Below, piece by piece: positions 49,201-56,956 of a DNA stretch of 64,000 nt. Every line of letters starts with the position of its first letter. Positions within the stretch are counted from its first letter, which is position 1. Location of the stretch: positions 93,987-157,986 of the forward strand of contig JBOEGD010000010.1 of NCBI GenBank assembly GCA_050633245.1, read 5' to 3'. The notes under the pieces are model-generated. The model worked only from the letters and a program-made list of their open reading frames with translations. It had not been told where the DNA came from and did not search any database. The position numbers and the translations under genes were made by a program. The stretch comes from Calditrichia bacterium. Lineage in GTDB: Bacteria; Calditrichota; Calditrichia; RBG-13-44-9; J075.

Positions 49201-49470
49201 GACAACAAATTCGGTTTTGTTACTCGGTTCCCACTGATAGTAGCCGGTAATATCGGGATAGATTTCCTCAGCAATGTCCGACAACACGTTCGCCGTGCGT
49301 TCGGAACCCTGATGATAATGCACCAGAAAGTGCTCGGTTTCGATGGTTTTCCAAACAAGCTCGGGGTGATTGGCTCGAAACAGTTCCTGGCCAAAAAGAG
49401 CCGGTGACAACGCCGTAATAATAAACAGCATTGCCAATAAGGTTCTAAAGGTATGTGATAATCGCGTCAT
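46276..49470 (-). CDS. Multidomain envelope protein: gluzincin (peptidase MA-like), PD40/TolB propeller and Omp85-like C-terminal beta region
   Basis: WKTIETEHFLVHY; HEFTH (49063-49077) plus WFAEGVA; SPSG/SKDG/SHDG/SPDD blades; GLKGYP...YRFPL in the C-terminal amphipathic strands. Confidence 0.7.
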   Translation of the reverse strand: MTRLSHTFRTLLAMLFIITALSPALFGQELFRANHPELVWKTIETEHFLVHYHQGSERTANVLSDIAEEIYPDITGYYQWEPSNKTEFVVKDTDDYANGAAFFFDNKVEIWAPNLNYVLRGTHNWLKDVVTHEFTHIVSLGKALKFGRRVPANWLQGFGYENERREDVVRGFPNVIISYPWSGITIPAWFAEGVAQFQAPNKRFDYRDSHREMILRDRMMTGELLDLNQMDTFGKNSIGNESAYNQGFAFTRYLAETYGDDVLPRLAGKASSPFTFSFRGVLKSVTGVDAKQLHAQWKAGMLNDYTARLTTVNENLLTGESFVEEGIGNMHPTLSPSGDRVAYLATGDADYLSQNKLIIENLSDGKKKTISARITRSLSWSKDGRYLAYAKVTPVEGTLSLYNDIYIYDTKEGKEHRLTRALRARHPDFSHDGKKLVFVVESDAVTNLFALEMDNLADVLENGKYTDGYYDFAKHRIVAKHEAVVPTSDKKGKRGHYFRKVGYKAKLIQLTKLKDARQFYHPRWSPDDSYIVFDTSIKFGRDIAKIPAAGGELEFILNEAYGERDPVFRPGTDELFYASDKTGIFNVYSYNMKTGNIKAHTNVVGGAFMPTVTESGDMFFALYRNQGYKLHRIKELQSVAPTKMQYIGKYEERIPDIAIDETVEEAKPAIPYKRRFSNFSIQPRLMLDYGTVKPGLYFYTNELLDKLLLLGGADINLRRDYNLFGIFEYNQFKPTFFMEVYNQTANIDDKASFEGTGVSDVDIDINFNLLEFNAGLQGQILPGPLKRIHARLAWIFSLYRAKLKIDAYTDPVSNEFFDVSTLRYTYLKGNALSLSLKHDAIENSLEKAINPRKGRYVTVKAQQEWNDFLVDFATNSASALEQFGKNNFMRFEGNWEEYIPVPFTDHHSLSFRAQGAYIQSQSDSLDDFFDYFAGGLVGLKGYPFYSIQGQRMAIATATYRFPLWRNINKQILNVHFNHLYLAGYYQIGNAWNGKAEINDFKENLGVQLRLDTYSWYLFPTRVFFEAAYPLQEQFNDDVRYKREWRYYVGVLFDFDLRLEKRLFR

Positions 49471-49502
49471 GAAAAATCCAGAGAGTAATCCGTAAGATGA
49501 GT

Positions 49503-52487
49503 TTATTTTACCACGGCAATTTTAATAATGCGCGTTTCCTTACCGTTGCCGCCACTTGCCTCAACACGCGCCAGATAGACTCCGCTTTGTACGCTGGACA
49601 AATCCCAACGCACCTCATTGTCAGTATTTGGGTTACCCGTGCCTTCCAGCTCTGTAACCAAGTCACCCGCAAGATCAAAAATGCGAATGCTAACATCCGC
49701 GGCATCGTTTAAGCGGTAGCGGATAAAGGTATAATTGTCAGTGTTGGGATTCGGCCAATTATACACTGATTTTTCCGGCAAAACACCTGCATCCGACGCT
49801 GTTTCAAAACCAAGCGCGCCCGTAAGAAAGTTGCTGTTTAAGGCATTACCGTATTGTTGTGTCCAATAGTTATTGGAACCGGCAGAATAATCTGAGGGAA
49901 AATCATAAACCAGCACCACACCATTACGGGTTACCGCTGCCAGTTCACCGTTTCCGTCACCATCGATATCCAGAAATACCGGATGTGCGTCCATTGAATC
50001 GCCAATAGCGATAGGAAAATCGGGAAGCACATTCCCTTCAAAATCATATGCACCGATCAATCCACCCGGGTCGCTTGTAATAATTCCATTTGTTGGGCCA
50101 CTAACACCACGAAGTGGTGCGGTCATCGGAGAAAAGGACATTTTAACAGGCTGATCAGGATTGAACAGACTTAATGGAAAATCGCTGCGTAAGGAAAAAT
50201 TGTAATTGTATACCAAAACGCGGTTATTGCCGTTTACGATATAGTATTGGGTATCGCCGACTCCCAGCGGTATCTCAATAACCGGTGAATCAAAAGCAAA
50301 GGTATTAGCACTTGCTTGCGTAAACTCATTGTTGCCAAGCGTCAGCAGCTCGCCAGCCTCTGTCCCCGCCACGCCCTGCCGCCCAACCGGCTGCGAAATC
50401 GCTCCGGGAAGAGATTCTCCATTAAAAAGACTATTATCATCGAGAACCAGAATCGGTTCGCCATCGGCAGCTACATGAAGTTTTTTAATCTTCTGCCCGG
50501 CATTGGAAAGAACACTGAGAGTAAAAAAACCTCCACCGGCATCATAGCTTATTTCCTGTAAATCACCTGCATCCGTTCCGAAAAGGAATCTATCCTCTCC
50601 GGTAAAGCCAATGGGGAATGTCGTAATTGAATCGGGCAACAATGCAACGGAGAAACCTTGAGACGTCTGAGTAGATCGATCCAACCGAAGAATCGCGACT
50701 GTCCCTTGCGCTGTAAGAAGAGCAATGGCAACATTGTTATCTGACAATTGCAGAATTGCCGGAGGATAAATAAAATCAGGGGCTAGCGCTACCTGCAAAC
50801 TCGCGAGGGTGCTACTCCACGGATTCTGCCCATCTTTATCCATTATCAGCAGGTAACCATCGTCGGTTGTCATAATCAGCTCATCTGCACCGTTGGCGTC
50901 TGTATCAAAAACCTTCATGCTTTTAATAGCGCCTAAGAAGGCTGTGTCAATGCGCTTTGGAAAGCCCAGCTCAAAGAAGTCCAGGTTTACGCGAAAGGTC
51001 ATTTCAGAACTGCGGCCGGAAAAATCAAAAATTTTGATATGGCTATTGGCGCGATTCACGTTACTACGGCTGCTTGGAACAGATCCAAGATCGAAGGTTC
51101 CGGCAGGATCATCGGTAAACAAAGGCGCCGAATTGGTAGCATACCACGGATCGAGCGAGGTTCCGATTTCAGAACCGGCACCGCCACTCAAAAATTCAAA
51201 CTCCGCACCAATATCCTGCGAACCGTCGGCTTCTTCCAGATCGACACCGCGATTTGCGGGGTCGTTATTAATGCGATTTGAAGCGCGATTTGCATCAATG
51301 ATATTTTCGTCAATATGCCAAATCAAGATTCCGCCACCGGGAAGTCCACGATCAGGATTATCGATATCCGTAAGCACACCGGTTGTTTGACTGAAGGTTA
51401 CCGCATTCGGCACGCCGGTAAGCAGTATTTCCTTCATACTCGGAAACTCATTGCGTTCCCGCGAAATAACAATCTGCAAGCTATCCAGATTCACCGGGCC
51501 GGCATAACGATTTTCCACAAGGAAATATTCACGTTCGTTAATCGGAACGCGAAACACGCGATCGGCATTATCGGTCAGCGTGCTGGCAACGGTAAATTCA
51601 TCATCAAGAGACTGCGTAATATCGGTTGCAGTCTCCCAACCGGCCTCAATACGCGTCCACGCACTTGGCAATGCAGGTAGTAAGCCATCACCGTTAAACA
51701 AGCCGGCATCCATCAACCCAAAGCGCCCAATTCCGCTGCGTCGGTCATCAGGACTAAAGAGATCCAGAAAGCCGAGCTGTGAAGCAATATTCGATACCAG
51801 AATTCCGTTAAGGCCAAGTTGAATGCCTTCCTGGCTTTCCGTTTCCGGCAACAGTATGCCTCGGGTTACCGTTACCGCACCGTTTTGAACGGAGAAGCCG
51901 TCTACACCAAGGGTTTGCTGCAAAAAGTCCTGGGTTATAAAAAGAGATGGAATATCCTGTGGTGTCGAATCGAAGCCGAGGTCCACATCTTTACCCACAC
52001 CCGCGTGGAAAACGATAAACGTATTGTAATCGCGAAAGTCTACATCAGGATCAGCATCTGCAAGCGTCAGCGCATCGCGCAGCAGTCGTGAGATTCCCTC
52101 ATTCACAGCATCCGTAGACGTATTGGGATTGTAAGACTTCATATCGCCGGATAGCTGGTAGGCTGCATCGGAATCCTGCGGAAACACATCGCTGTTAACG
52201 ACTAAATTACCACGACTTACTTTTTCGAAGTAATTCTTCGCAAACAGCAGGTGATCTTCAAAATAGGCACGGTTGTGCGGCGGGGGATCGATTTGAAAGG
52301 GATCGGTGGACATGCCAAGATCGAAAAGGCCATCACCGGTAGTTGTTGCATCGGTATCCTGTTGAAACTGCACCCGAATTGCCAAAATGTTCAGCGTATC
52401 AGCCGCCTGTGGTGGGGCCGCGTTAACGGGAAATGCAGCAACAATCAGCAGCAGGCAAAATAGCCGGCAGACTGAAAAACGTTTCAT
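49503..52487 (-). CDS. Immune inhibitor A (M6)-like secreted protein with degenerate zinc site, FG-GAP-like repeats and T9SS type A-like CTD
   Basis: ILAIRVQF, VFHAG, FGLMDAG, YFLVENR, GILIWHIDE and EEADG; DIDGDGNGE repeats; C-terminal YNWPNP...IFDLAG...SGVYLA...KIAVVK; ATG 52487. Confidence 0.72.
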   Translation of the reverse strand: MKRFSVCRLFCLLLIVAAFPVNAAPPQAADTLNILAIRVQFQQDTDATTTGDGLFDLGMSTDPFQIDPPPHNRAYFEDHLLFAKNYFEKVSRGNLVVNSDVFPQDSDAAYQLSGDMKSYNPNTSTDAVNEGISRLLRDALTLADADPDVDFRDYNTFIVFHAGVGKDVDLGFDSTPQDIPSLFITQDFLQQTLGVDGFSVQNGAVTVTRGILLPETESQEGIQLGLNGILVSNIASQLGFLDLFSPDDRRSGIGRFGLMDAGLFNGDGLLPALPSAWTRIEAGWETATDITQSLDDEFTVASTLTDNADRVFRVPINEREYFLVENRYAGPVNLDSLQIVISRERNEFPSMKEILLTGVPNAVTFSQTTGVLTDIDNPDRGLPGGGILIWHIDENIIDANRASNRINNDPANRGVDLEEADGSQDIGAEFEFLSGGAGSEIGTSLDPWYATNSAPLFTDDPAGTFDLGSVPSSRSNVNRANSHIKIFDFSGRSSEMTFRVNLDFFELGFPKRIDTAFLGAIKSMKVFDTDANGADELIMTTDDGYLLIMDKDGQNPWSSTLASLQVALAPDFIYPPAILQLSDNNVAIALLTAQGTVAILRLDRSTQTSQGFSVALLPDSITTFPIGFTGEDRFLFGTDAGDLQEISYDAGGGFFTLSVLSNAGQKIKKLHVAADGEPILVLDDNSLFNGESLPGAISQPVGRQGVAGTEAGELLTLGNNEFTQASANTFAFDSPVIEIPLGVGDTQYYIVNGNNRVLVYNYNFSLRSDFPLSLFNPDQPVKMSFSPMTAPLRGVSGPTNGIITSDPGGLIGAYDFEGNVLPDFPIAIGDSMDAHPVFLDIDGDGNGELAAVTRNGVVLVYDFPSDYSAGSNNYWTQQYGNALNSNFLTGALGFETASDAGVLPEKSVYNWPNPNTDNYTFIRYRLNDAADVSIRIFDLAGDLVTELEGTGNPNTDNEVRWDLSSVQSGVYLARVEASGGNGKETRIIKIAVVK

Positions 52488-52532
52488 AATTTGTGTTCCG
52501 TAGTTCGAATTCGCGTGAAAAAAACGCAGCAT

Positions 52533-52572
52533 AAAAAAGGCTATCCCAAGATGTGGCATTCGGGATAGCCTT
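52533..52572 (-). terminator. Terminator-like hairpin after porV
   Basis: AGGCTATCCC/GGGATAGCCT stem followed by a T run on the minus strand. Confidence 0.75.
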
Positions 52573-52593
52573 AAATTTATTCAAACGTTTGCC

Positions 52594-53667
52594 CTAGAAT
52601 TGGGCTCCCAGAGAGAAGCGCATGGTATCGGACAGTGGACTGTCGTCCTGAGATCCGAGAATATAGCTAAAGTCGATGGCTAAAATAGAGACGCGAACAC
52701 CACCACCAAAGGTCCAAAACTTACGGTCACCATTGTTGGGATCTTCGTAGAAGTAACCGCTGCGCAGTGCAATCAGATTCGAATACCAGTATTCAATTCC
52801 AATTGAATGGGCAATGCGGTTCAACTGGCCATCTTCACCCCAGGTATTGTATAGATAAGCCAGGAAACTTTCGTTACGCTTATCTTCATCTTTGGGAACG
52901 AGAAGACGGTTTACGTCATAAGCCAGTGTCAGCGTATTGAACTCGGACTTTGCCAGATCGTAAGCAACACCAAGACGCAGGTTGGTCGGAACCGGATCTT
53001 CCTGCTCTTTATCAATATAGGTTACTTTCGGCCCTACATTGCTCAGGTTCATCCCCATGCTCAGACGATCTGAGAATCCGGGTCGCCATAGCATACCCAT
53101 ATCTACAGCGAATGTTGCACCGACACCTTTGCCCTGCTCGGCATCAACATTAACCGGGGAGAGTCGGGAGTATACAAACTTCAGGTTTACACCAAGGCCA
53201 AGACCTGGCGTAAGCTTTGTTGCATAACTTCCGGTAAGTGCAAATTCATTACTGTTAAAGCGACCGAGTTCACGGCCTTCAGTATCCGTCTGAACGTTTT
53301 CACCATAATTGATGAACTGAATACCGGCAGCAACCGTTCCAATTCCATCGAGATGATAACGTCCGGCTGCAAAGTCATAATACAGATCGCTCAGATTAAA
53401 CTGAGGCAACCAATTTACGTGCATCAGCGTAGCTTCACCACGCTTGTCTACTTCGGGGTCTTCATACTGAAAAGCCAGACCAGCCGGATTCCAGTAAATC
53501 GCATTCGCATCATCAGCTAAAGCAACACCAGCTTCACCCATTCCACCCTGACGGGCACCCGGGTTAATCATCAAGAACAGAACTGTTGCTTCACCTTGTG
53601 CAAGGAGCGGCGTCCAGTTACCAGCAGTCACCAAAGTGACAATCAACATTAAAAAGAACCGCTTCAT
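52594..53667 (-). CDS. porV: PorV/PorQ-family outer-membrane beta-barrel (T9SS shuttle)
   Basis: FLMINPGARQGGMGEAGVA, AIYWNPAGLAF, WLP, SNVGPKVTY, PTNLRLG, RSGYFYE and TMRFSL; AGGAGG RBS. Confidence 0.85.
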   Translation of the reverse strand: MKRFFLMLIVTLVTAGNWTPLLAQGEATVLFLMINPGARQGGMGEAGVALADDANAIYWNPAGLAFQYEDPEVDKRGEATLMHVNWLPQFNLSDLYYDFAAGRYHLDGIGTVAAGIQFINYGENVQTDTEGRELGRFNSNEFALTGSYATKLTPGLGLGVNLKFVYSRLSPVNVDAEQGKGVGATFAVDMGMLWRPGFSDRLSMGMNLSNVGPKVTYIDKEQEDPVPTNLRLGVAYDLAKSEFNTLTLAYDVNRLLVPKDEDKRNESFLAYLYNTWGEDGQLNRIAHSIGIEYWYSNLIALRSGYFYEDPNNGDRKFWTFGGGVRVSILAIDFSYILGSQDDSPLSDTMRFSLGAQF

Positions 53668-53694
53668 TAAAAATTCCTCCTACATTGGTAAACG

Positions 53695-53735
53695 AAAAAA
53701 GCCGAATGGATATAGTGGTCCTGTTTCCATTCGGC
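53695..53735 (-). terminator. Terminator/attenuator hairpin in the porV 5' leader
   Basis: GCCGAATGGA/TCCATTCGGC 10-bp stem followed by T6, ending 28 nt before the porV ATG. Confidence 0.75.
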
Positions 53736-53878
53736 GGAACAGAGCTTAAGAGATAAAACGCTTGTTAAGGACCAACGCATTGCAACTACTCTACAATTAA
53801 GTTTTACTTCTTCTTTTCCTTAACAAAATCTCTATAGGCTTCTCCGTATGATTTCTCGTTACTTATTAACTAGGCTAA

Positions 53879-53907
53879 AATGTATTTGTTTCACCTAATT
53901 AAATCAA
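53879..53907 (-). promoter_or_regulatory. Putative sigma70 promoter for the porV leader
   Basis: TTGATT-N17-TACATT on the minus strand. Confidence 0.5.
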
Positions 53908-54122
53908 GGTTTTTTTTCTGATCTTGCAGATGCCGAAAAACATAGGCAAACATCTGTTTCACAAGATTGACTGGCATCACTTATAGCTTCGGCGTATCTT
54001 TTTATGCCTTTAGAAGTAATATAGCGCCAGGAATTATTCCTCTATGTAGGAGAGATAACACTTTGATGAAATTTTGTAAATATAGTCTGTGTCAATCAGC
54101 TCTTTAAAAATACAAAAGATAT

Positions 54123-55184
54123 ATGCAAAAACACCTTATCCTGTCTCTCGTCTCTTCAGTTATCAGCCTGATGCTCTTGTGCAGCTGTGGGAGGCAATCC
54201 CCAGATTACGCCACAAATTACATGCGGGCGGTCTCCAGCACCTGCGAAAAGCAGCTCATCTCTATTGAAGAGCCGCAGCTTGCCCCCTATCCCAGACAGA
54301 GAGACCTTAAGCAACAGCAGGAAGAACTTAGTATTAGTCTGGTTGATTTTTTCTCGCTTGGCGATTGCGATTTGCAGGAACTGATAGCAGAGCGAAACAA
54401 TGCACTGGGAAGAGTTATGGCACCAAGTAAGAAGTTAATTTATGAACATCAATTTCTGTTACGCGCAATACGCTGTATGTCTGTTTTAAAAATGGATTCC
54501 GTATCAAATGCTGCGCTTATTAACGAGCTTGGAAAAGCAATCGCTGTAAAGCAACGCAATAGACCTGTTAATTTTTGGAACGCAACCTTTGCCAGCCCCG
54601 AATTTACCGACTTTTTTTCACTGGCGAATGCGCCCCAGGCGAACGAGACCTCTGTGCATGTTGCGCAGGAGGCGCTAAACTCGATTAGCAACTTTTACCC
54701 GAGCTTTGGCCGTGAAGACATTCCAATCGATCTGGAGCCCGCCTATCAGGCACTGCAGACCTCAAATGCAATCGGTGCAGTTTTGAAGCGATTAAACAGG
54801 TTTACCTTCATCCTAAATACCACCTCAGCTGCTTTAGAAAGTAGAGCACAGAACACAGAGCCTGGACGCTCCACAACTGTCGAAAGCAAAGAAATTGCTT
54901 TGCAGCTTGTACGTATATTTAAGAGTTATTACATAAAACGGATTCAACCTGAAATTGCCCAATACAATAACTACGCAAACCTGCTATTTCCTGCATTGCA
55001 AAAGTTCGTCGAGCTTCCGGAGCTTATCGGAACAGAAGCTTTTCAAGCATACTACAATCAGCAGCTGAACCCAACAGCAGATAACACTGTTCTTGCACAA
55101 TTTCGCGAGGCCACTTTACGGCACAGCAGAGCATGGCAGATAGTTTTAGACGAGTGTGGATTACAACCCGGAGATTTATTATGA
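54123..55184 (+). CDS. DUF3080-like lipoprotein
   Basis: Lipobox LCSC; CDLQELIAERNNALGRV...YE and IQP motifs recalled from DUF3080. Confidence 0.65.
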   Translation: MQKHLILSLVSSVISLMLLCSCGRQSPDYATNYMRAVSSTCEKQLISIEEPQLAPYPRQRDLKQQQEELSISLVDFFSLGDCDLQELIAERNNALGRVMAPSKKLIYEHQFLLRAIRCMSVLKMDSVSNAALINELGKAIAVKQRNRPVNFWNATFASPEFTDFFSLANAPQANETSVHVAQEALNSISNFYPSFGREDIPIDLEPAYQALQTSNAIGAVLKRLNRFTFILNTTSAALESRAQNTEPGRSTTVESKEIALQLVRIFKSYYIKRIQPEIAQYNNYANLLFPALQKFVELPELIGTEAFQAYYNQQLNPTADNTVLAQFREATLRHSRAWQIVLDECGLQPGDLL

Positions 55185-55540
55185 GTAAAAAGATCGATAT
55201 ATACGCCCCTAATATTTCCAAAGAGAACCTGATCAGCCTGCTGTTCCTACAGCTTACAGAAATCGGCGATCGTATAGAAATGAACATCATCAAGCAGGAG
55301 CGCAGACTTTTTCGCGCACCAGAGATGGAAGTCTTTATGAAGGAGGAGGATGTTAGCCTGACCGCGGCCTTCACCGCACGGCTATTTGAGGTTGCCAAAG
55401 GACTTGGCGGAACGCGTTTTGTCTTTAAGGGCGAAAACAATGAAGAGCTTCGCTCGGATGTGAATATTACAACGTGCAACTTAATCGATCTAAGTGAATC
55501 CGTCAGCAAGCTGGATGTGAAGAAGATAGAGATATACTGA
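55181..55540 (+). CDS. Hypothetical protein
   Basis: ATGA overlap with the upstream gene; GGAG RBS; 119 aa. Confidence 0.55.
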   Translation: MSKKIDIYAPNISKENLISLLFLQLTEIGDRIEMNIIKQERRLFRAPEMEVFMKEEDVSLTAAFTARLFEVAKGLGGTRFVFKGENNEELRSDVNITTCNLIDLSESVSKLDVKKIEIY

Positions 55541-55541
55541 T

Positions 55542-55691
55542 AGCACGCACCTGCGGTGCTGTGGGATGGGGTGGGGCGGGACGCTCATTGCATTCGCTGG
55601 TAGTTACTTCCCTGCCGTCGCAGGCCAAAGGCCAAGCGACCTACCAACGGCGAAGCCGTGACCTACCACCTACAAGTCCCGAAGGGACGAC
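55542..55691. repeat. Composite structured element: G4-like tract, mini-hairpins and ACCTACC spacers
   Basis: GGGATGGGGTGGGGCGGG (55563-55580); hairpins GGCC-AAA-GGCC, ACGGC-GAA-GCCGT and GTCCC-GAA-GGGAC; GACCTACCA repeated. Confidence 0.65.
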
Positions 55692-55910
55692 TTATGCCTT
55701 CCCAGCCTTCGCCTTTTCCATCTCATGATGCAGTTCACAATCCTCGGTATCTTTACGTGGACAGGTATCGCAATCGTCCAGCTCAATATCCAATGCATCA
55801 GTACAACACAGTGCACCTTCTTTTTCGCGGTATTGGCTAAACTTCAACATAGCAGCCATAAACCCGAATCCAATAATAAACAGCGTAAATACTGCAGCAA
55901 AAGTCATCAT
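55692..55910 (-). CDS. Small Cys-rich membrane protein, candidate NqrM-like Na+-NQR maturation factor
   Basis: One TM helix followed by CC...CDTC...C; lies directly after apbE. Confidence 0.6.
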   Translation of the reverse strand: MMTFAAVFTLFIIGFGFMAAMLKFSQYREKEGALCCTDALDIELDDCDTCPRKDTEDCELHHEMEKAKAGKA

Positions 55911-55912
55911 AT

Positions 55913-56941
55913 CTATTTTCCTTTCCCGGAATTAAGCGCTAACAACTGCTCAAAACTGCGGTTCATTTTACTTTCAAATCCTGAATCTGTTCGAGTAATC
56001 ATGTAAATAGCAAGATTATTCTCATTCGCGAACACTATTCCTTTTTCAGGCCCCAGAACGCTAATAGCTGTTGCAAATCCATCCGCCATAGTGCAACTCT
56101 CATGCACAACCGTTACTGAGGCCAACCGATGTGTAATAGGCATTCCCGTCACCGGATTAATCGTATGCGAATAGCGCACACCATTTTCCTCAAAGTAATT
56201 TAAATAGTCACCGGACGTTGCCATACTCATACCCGGCAGCGGCACAATCTTCTCTACATCTCCCCCACCGGGGTTCGCAATTCCAACACGCCAGATCATG
56301 CCAAAAGCATTGTGGCCTTTGGTGCGAATTTCACCGCCTACTTCTACATAATAATTATCAAAACTCCTGTCGTCCAGTAATTCTGCAAGTTTGTCTACGC
56401 CAAATCCCTTTGCAATTGCAGACAGATCGCAAACGCTTAAGGGATGCGTTTTGCGAAAAAGACGTTTCTCTTTCTGCAAAACTATTTTATCCGAACCCAC
56501 ATAGTCACGCCTCTCCGTAATCTGAGCTTCATCCGGAGTCTTAGTGCGTGAGCCCTGGGTTCCAAATCCCCATAAATTTACCAGCGGGCCAACGGTCATA
56601 TCAAGTGCGCCATCAGACAGACGATTAATTTCCTGAGCGCGCTGCATAACAAAGAACAAATCGGCTGATAGCTGAACAAAGGTGGTATCTTGCGAGCGAT
56701 TGAGCAGGGTTATTTCCGAGCTGTCACGATAGGTAGACATCGCATCGTTTACAGATTCGAGCGCCTGATCCATACGCTGCTTTAATCCGCTGGTATCTGC
56801 TGTGGTCACGACCTTCACGGTATATGTCGTGCCCATCGTTTGTCCATAAAAAGCTTTCAGATTGTTCTGCGGATCGTTGGCTTGACAAGCAAACAACCCA
56901 AGAAGCAGCAGACCGCCTATAAATTTGATGTAGATTCTCAT
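55913..56941 (-). CDS. apbE: FAD:protein FMN transferase
   Basis: Lipobox LFAC; TMGTTY, TVGPLVNLWGF, DLSAIAKGFGVD, EVGGE, ATSGDY, HTINPVTG and ADGFATA. Confidence 0.93.
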   Translation of the reverse strand: MRIYIKFIGGLLLLGLFACQANDPQNNLKAFYGQTMGTTYTVKVVTTADTSGLKQRMDQALESVNDAMSTYRDSSEITLLNRSQDTTFVQLSADLFFVMQRAQEINRLSDGALDMTVGPLVNLWGFGTQGSRTKTPDEAQITERRDYVGSDKIVLQKEKRLFRKTHPLSVCDLSAIAKGFGVDKLAELLDDRSFDNYYVEVGGEIRTKGHNAFGMIWRVGIANPGGGDVEKIVPLPGMSMATSGDYLNYFEENGVRYSHTINPVTGMPITHRLASVTVVHESCTMADGFATAISVLGPEKGIVFANENNLAIYMITRTDSGFESKMNRSFEQLLALNSGKGK

Positions 56942-56956
56942 ATTTGGTTACACCAT

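Noticed and set aside
52488-52559. Upstream start for the M6-like gene
   Set aside because: It begins inside the terminator hairpin; the signal peptide starts at MKRFSV (52487)
53921-53990. c-di-GMP-I riboswitch (GGCAAA motif in an imperfect hairpin)
   Set aside because: No GNRA-capped P2 or P3 arrangement is recognisable; kept only as an unexplained hairpin
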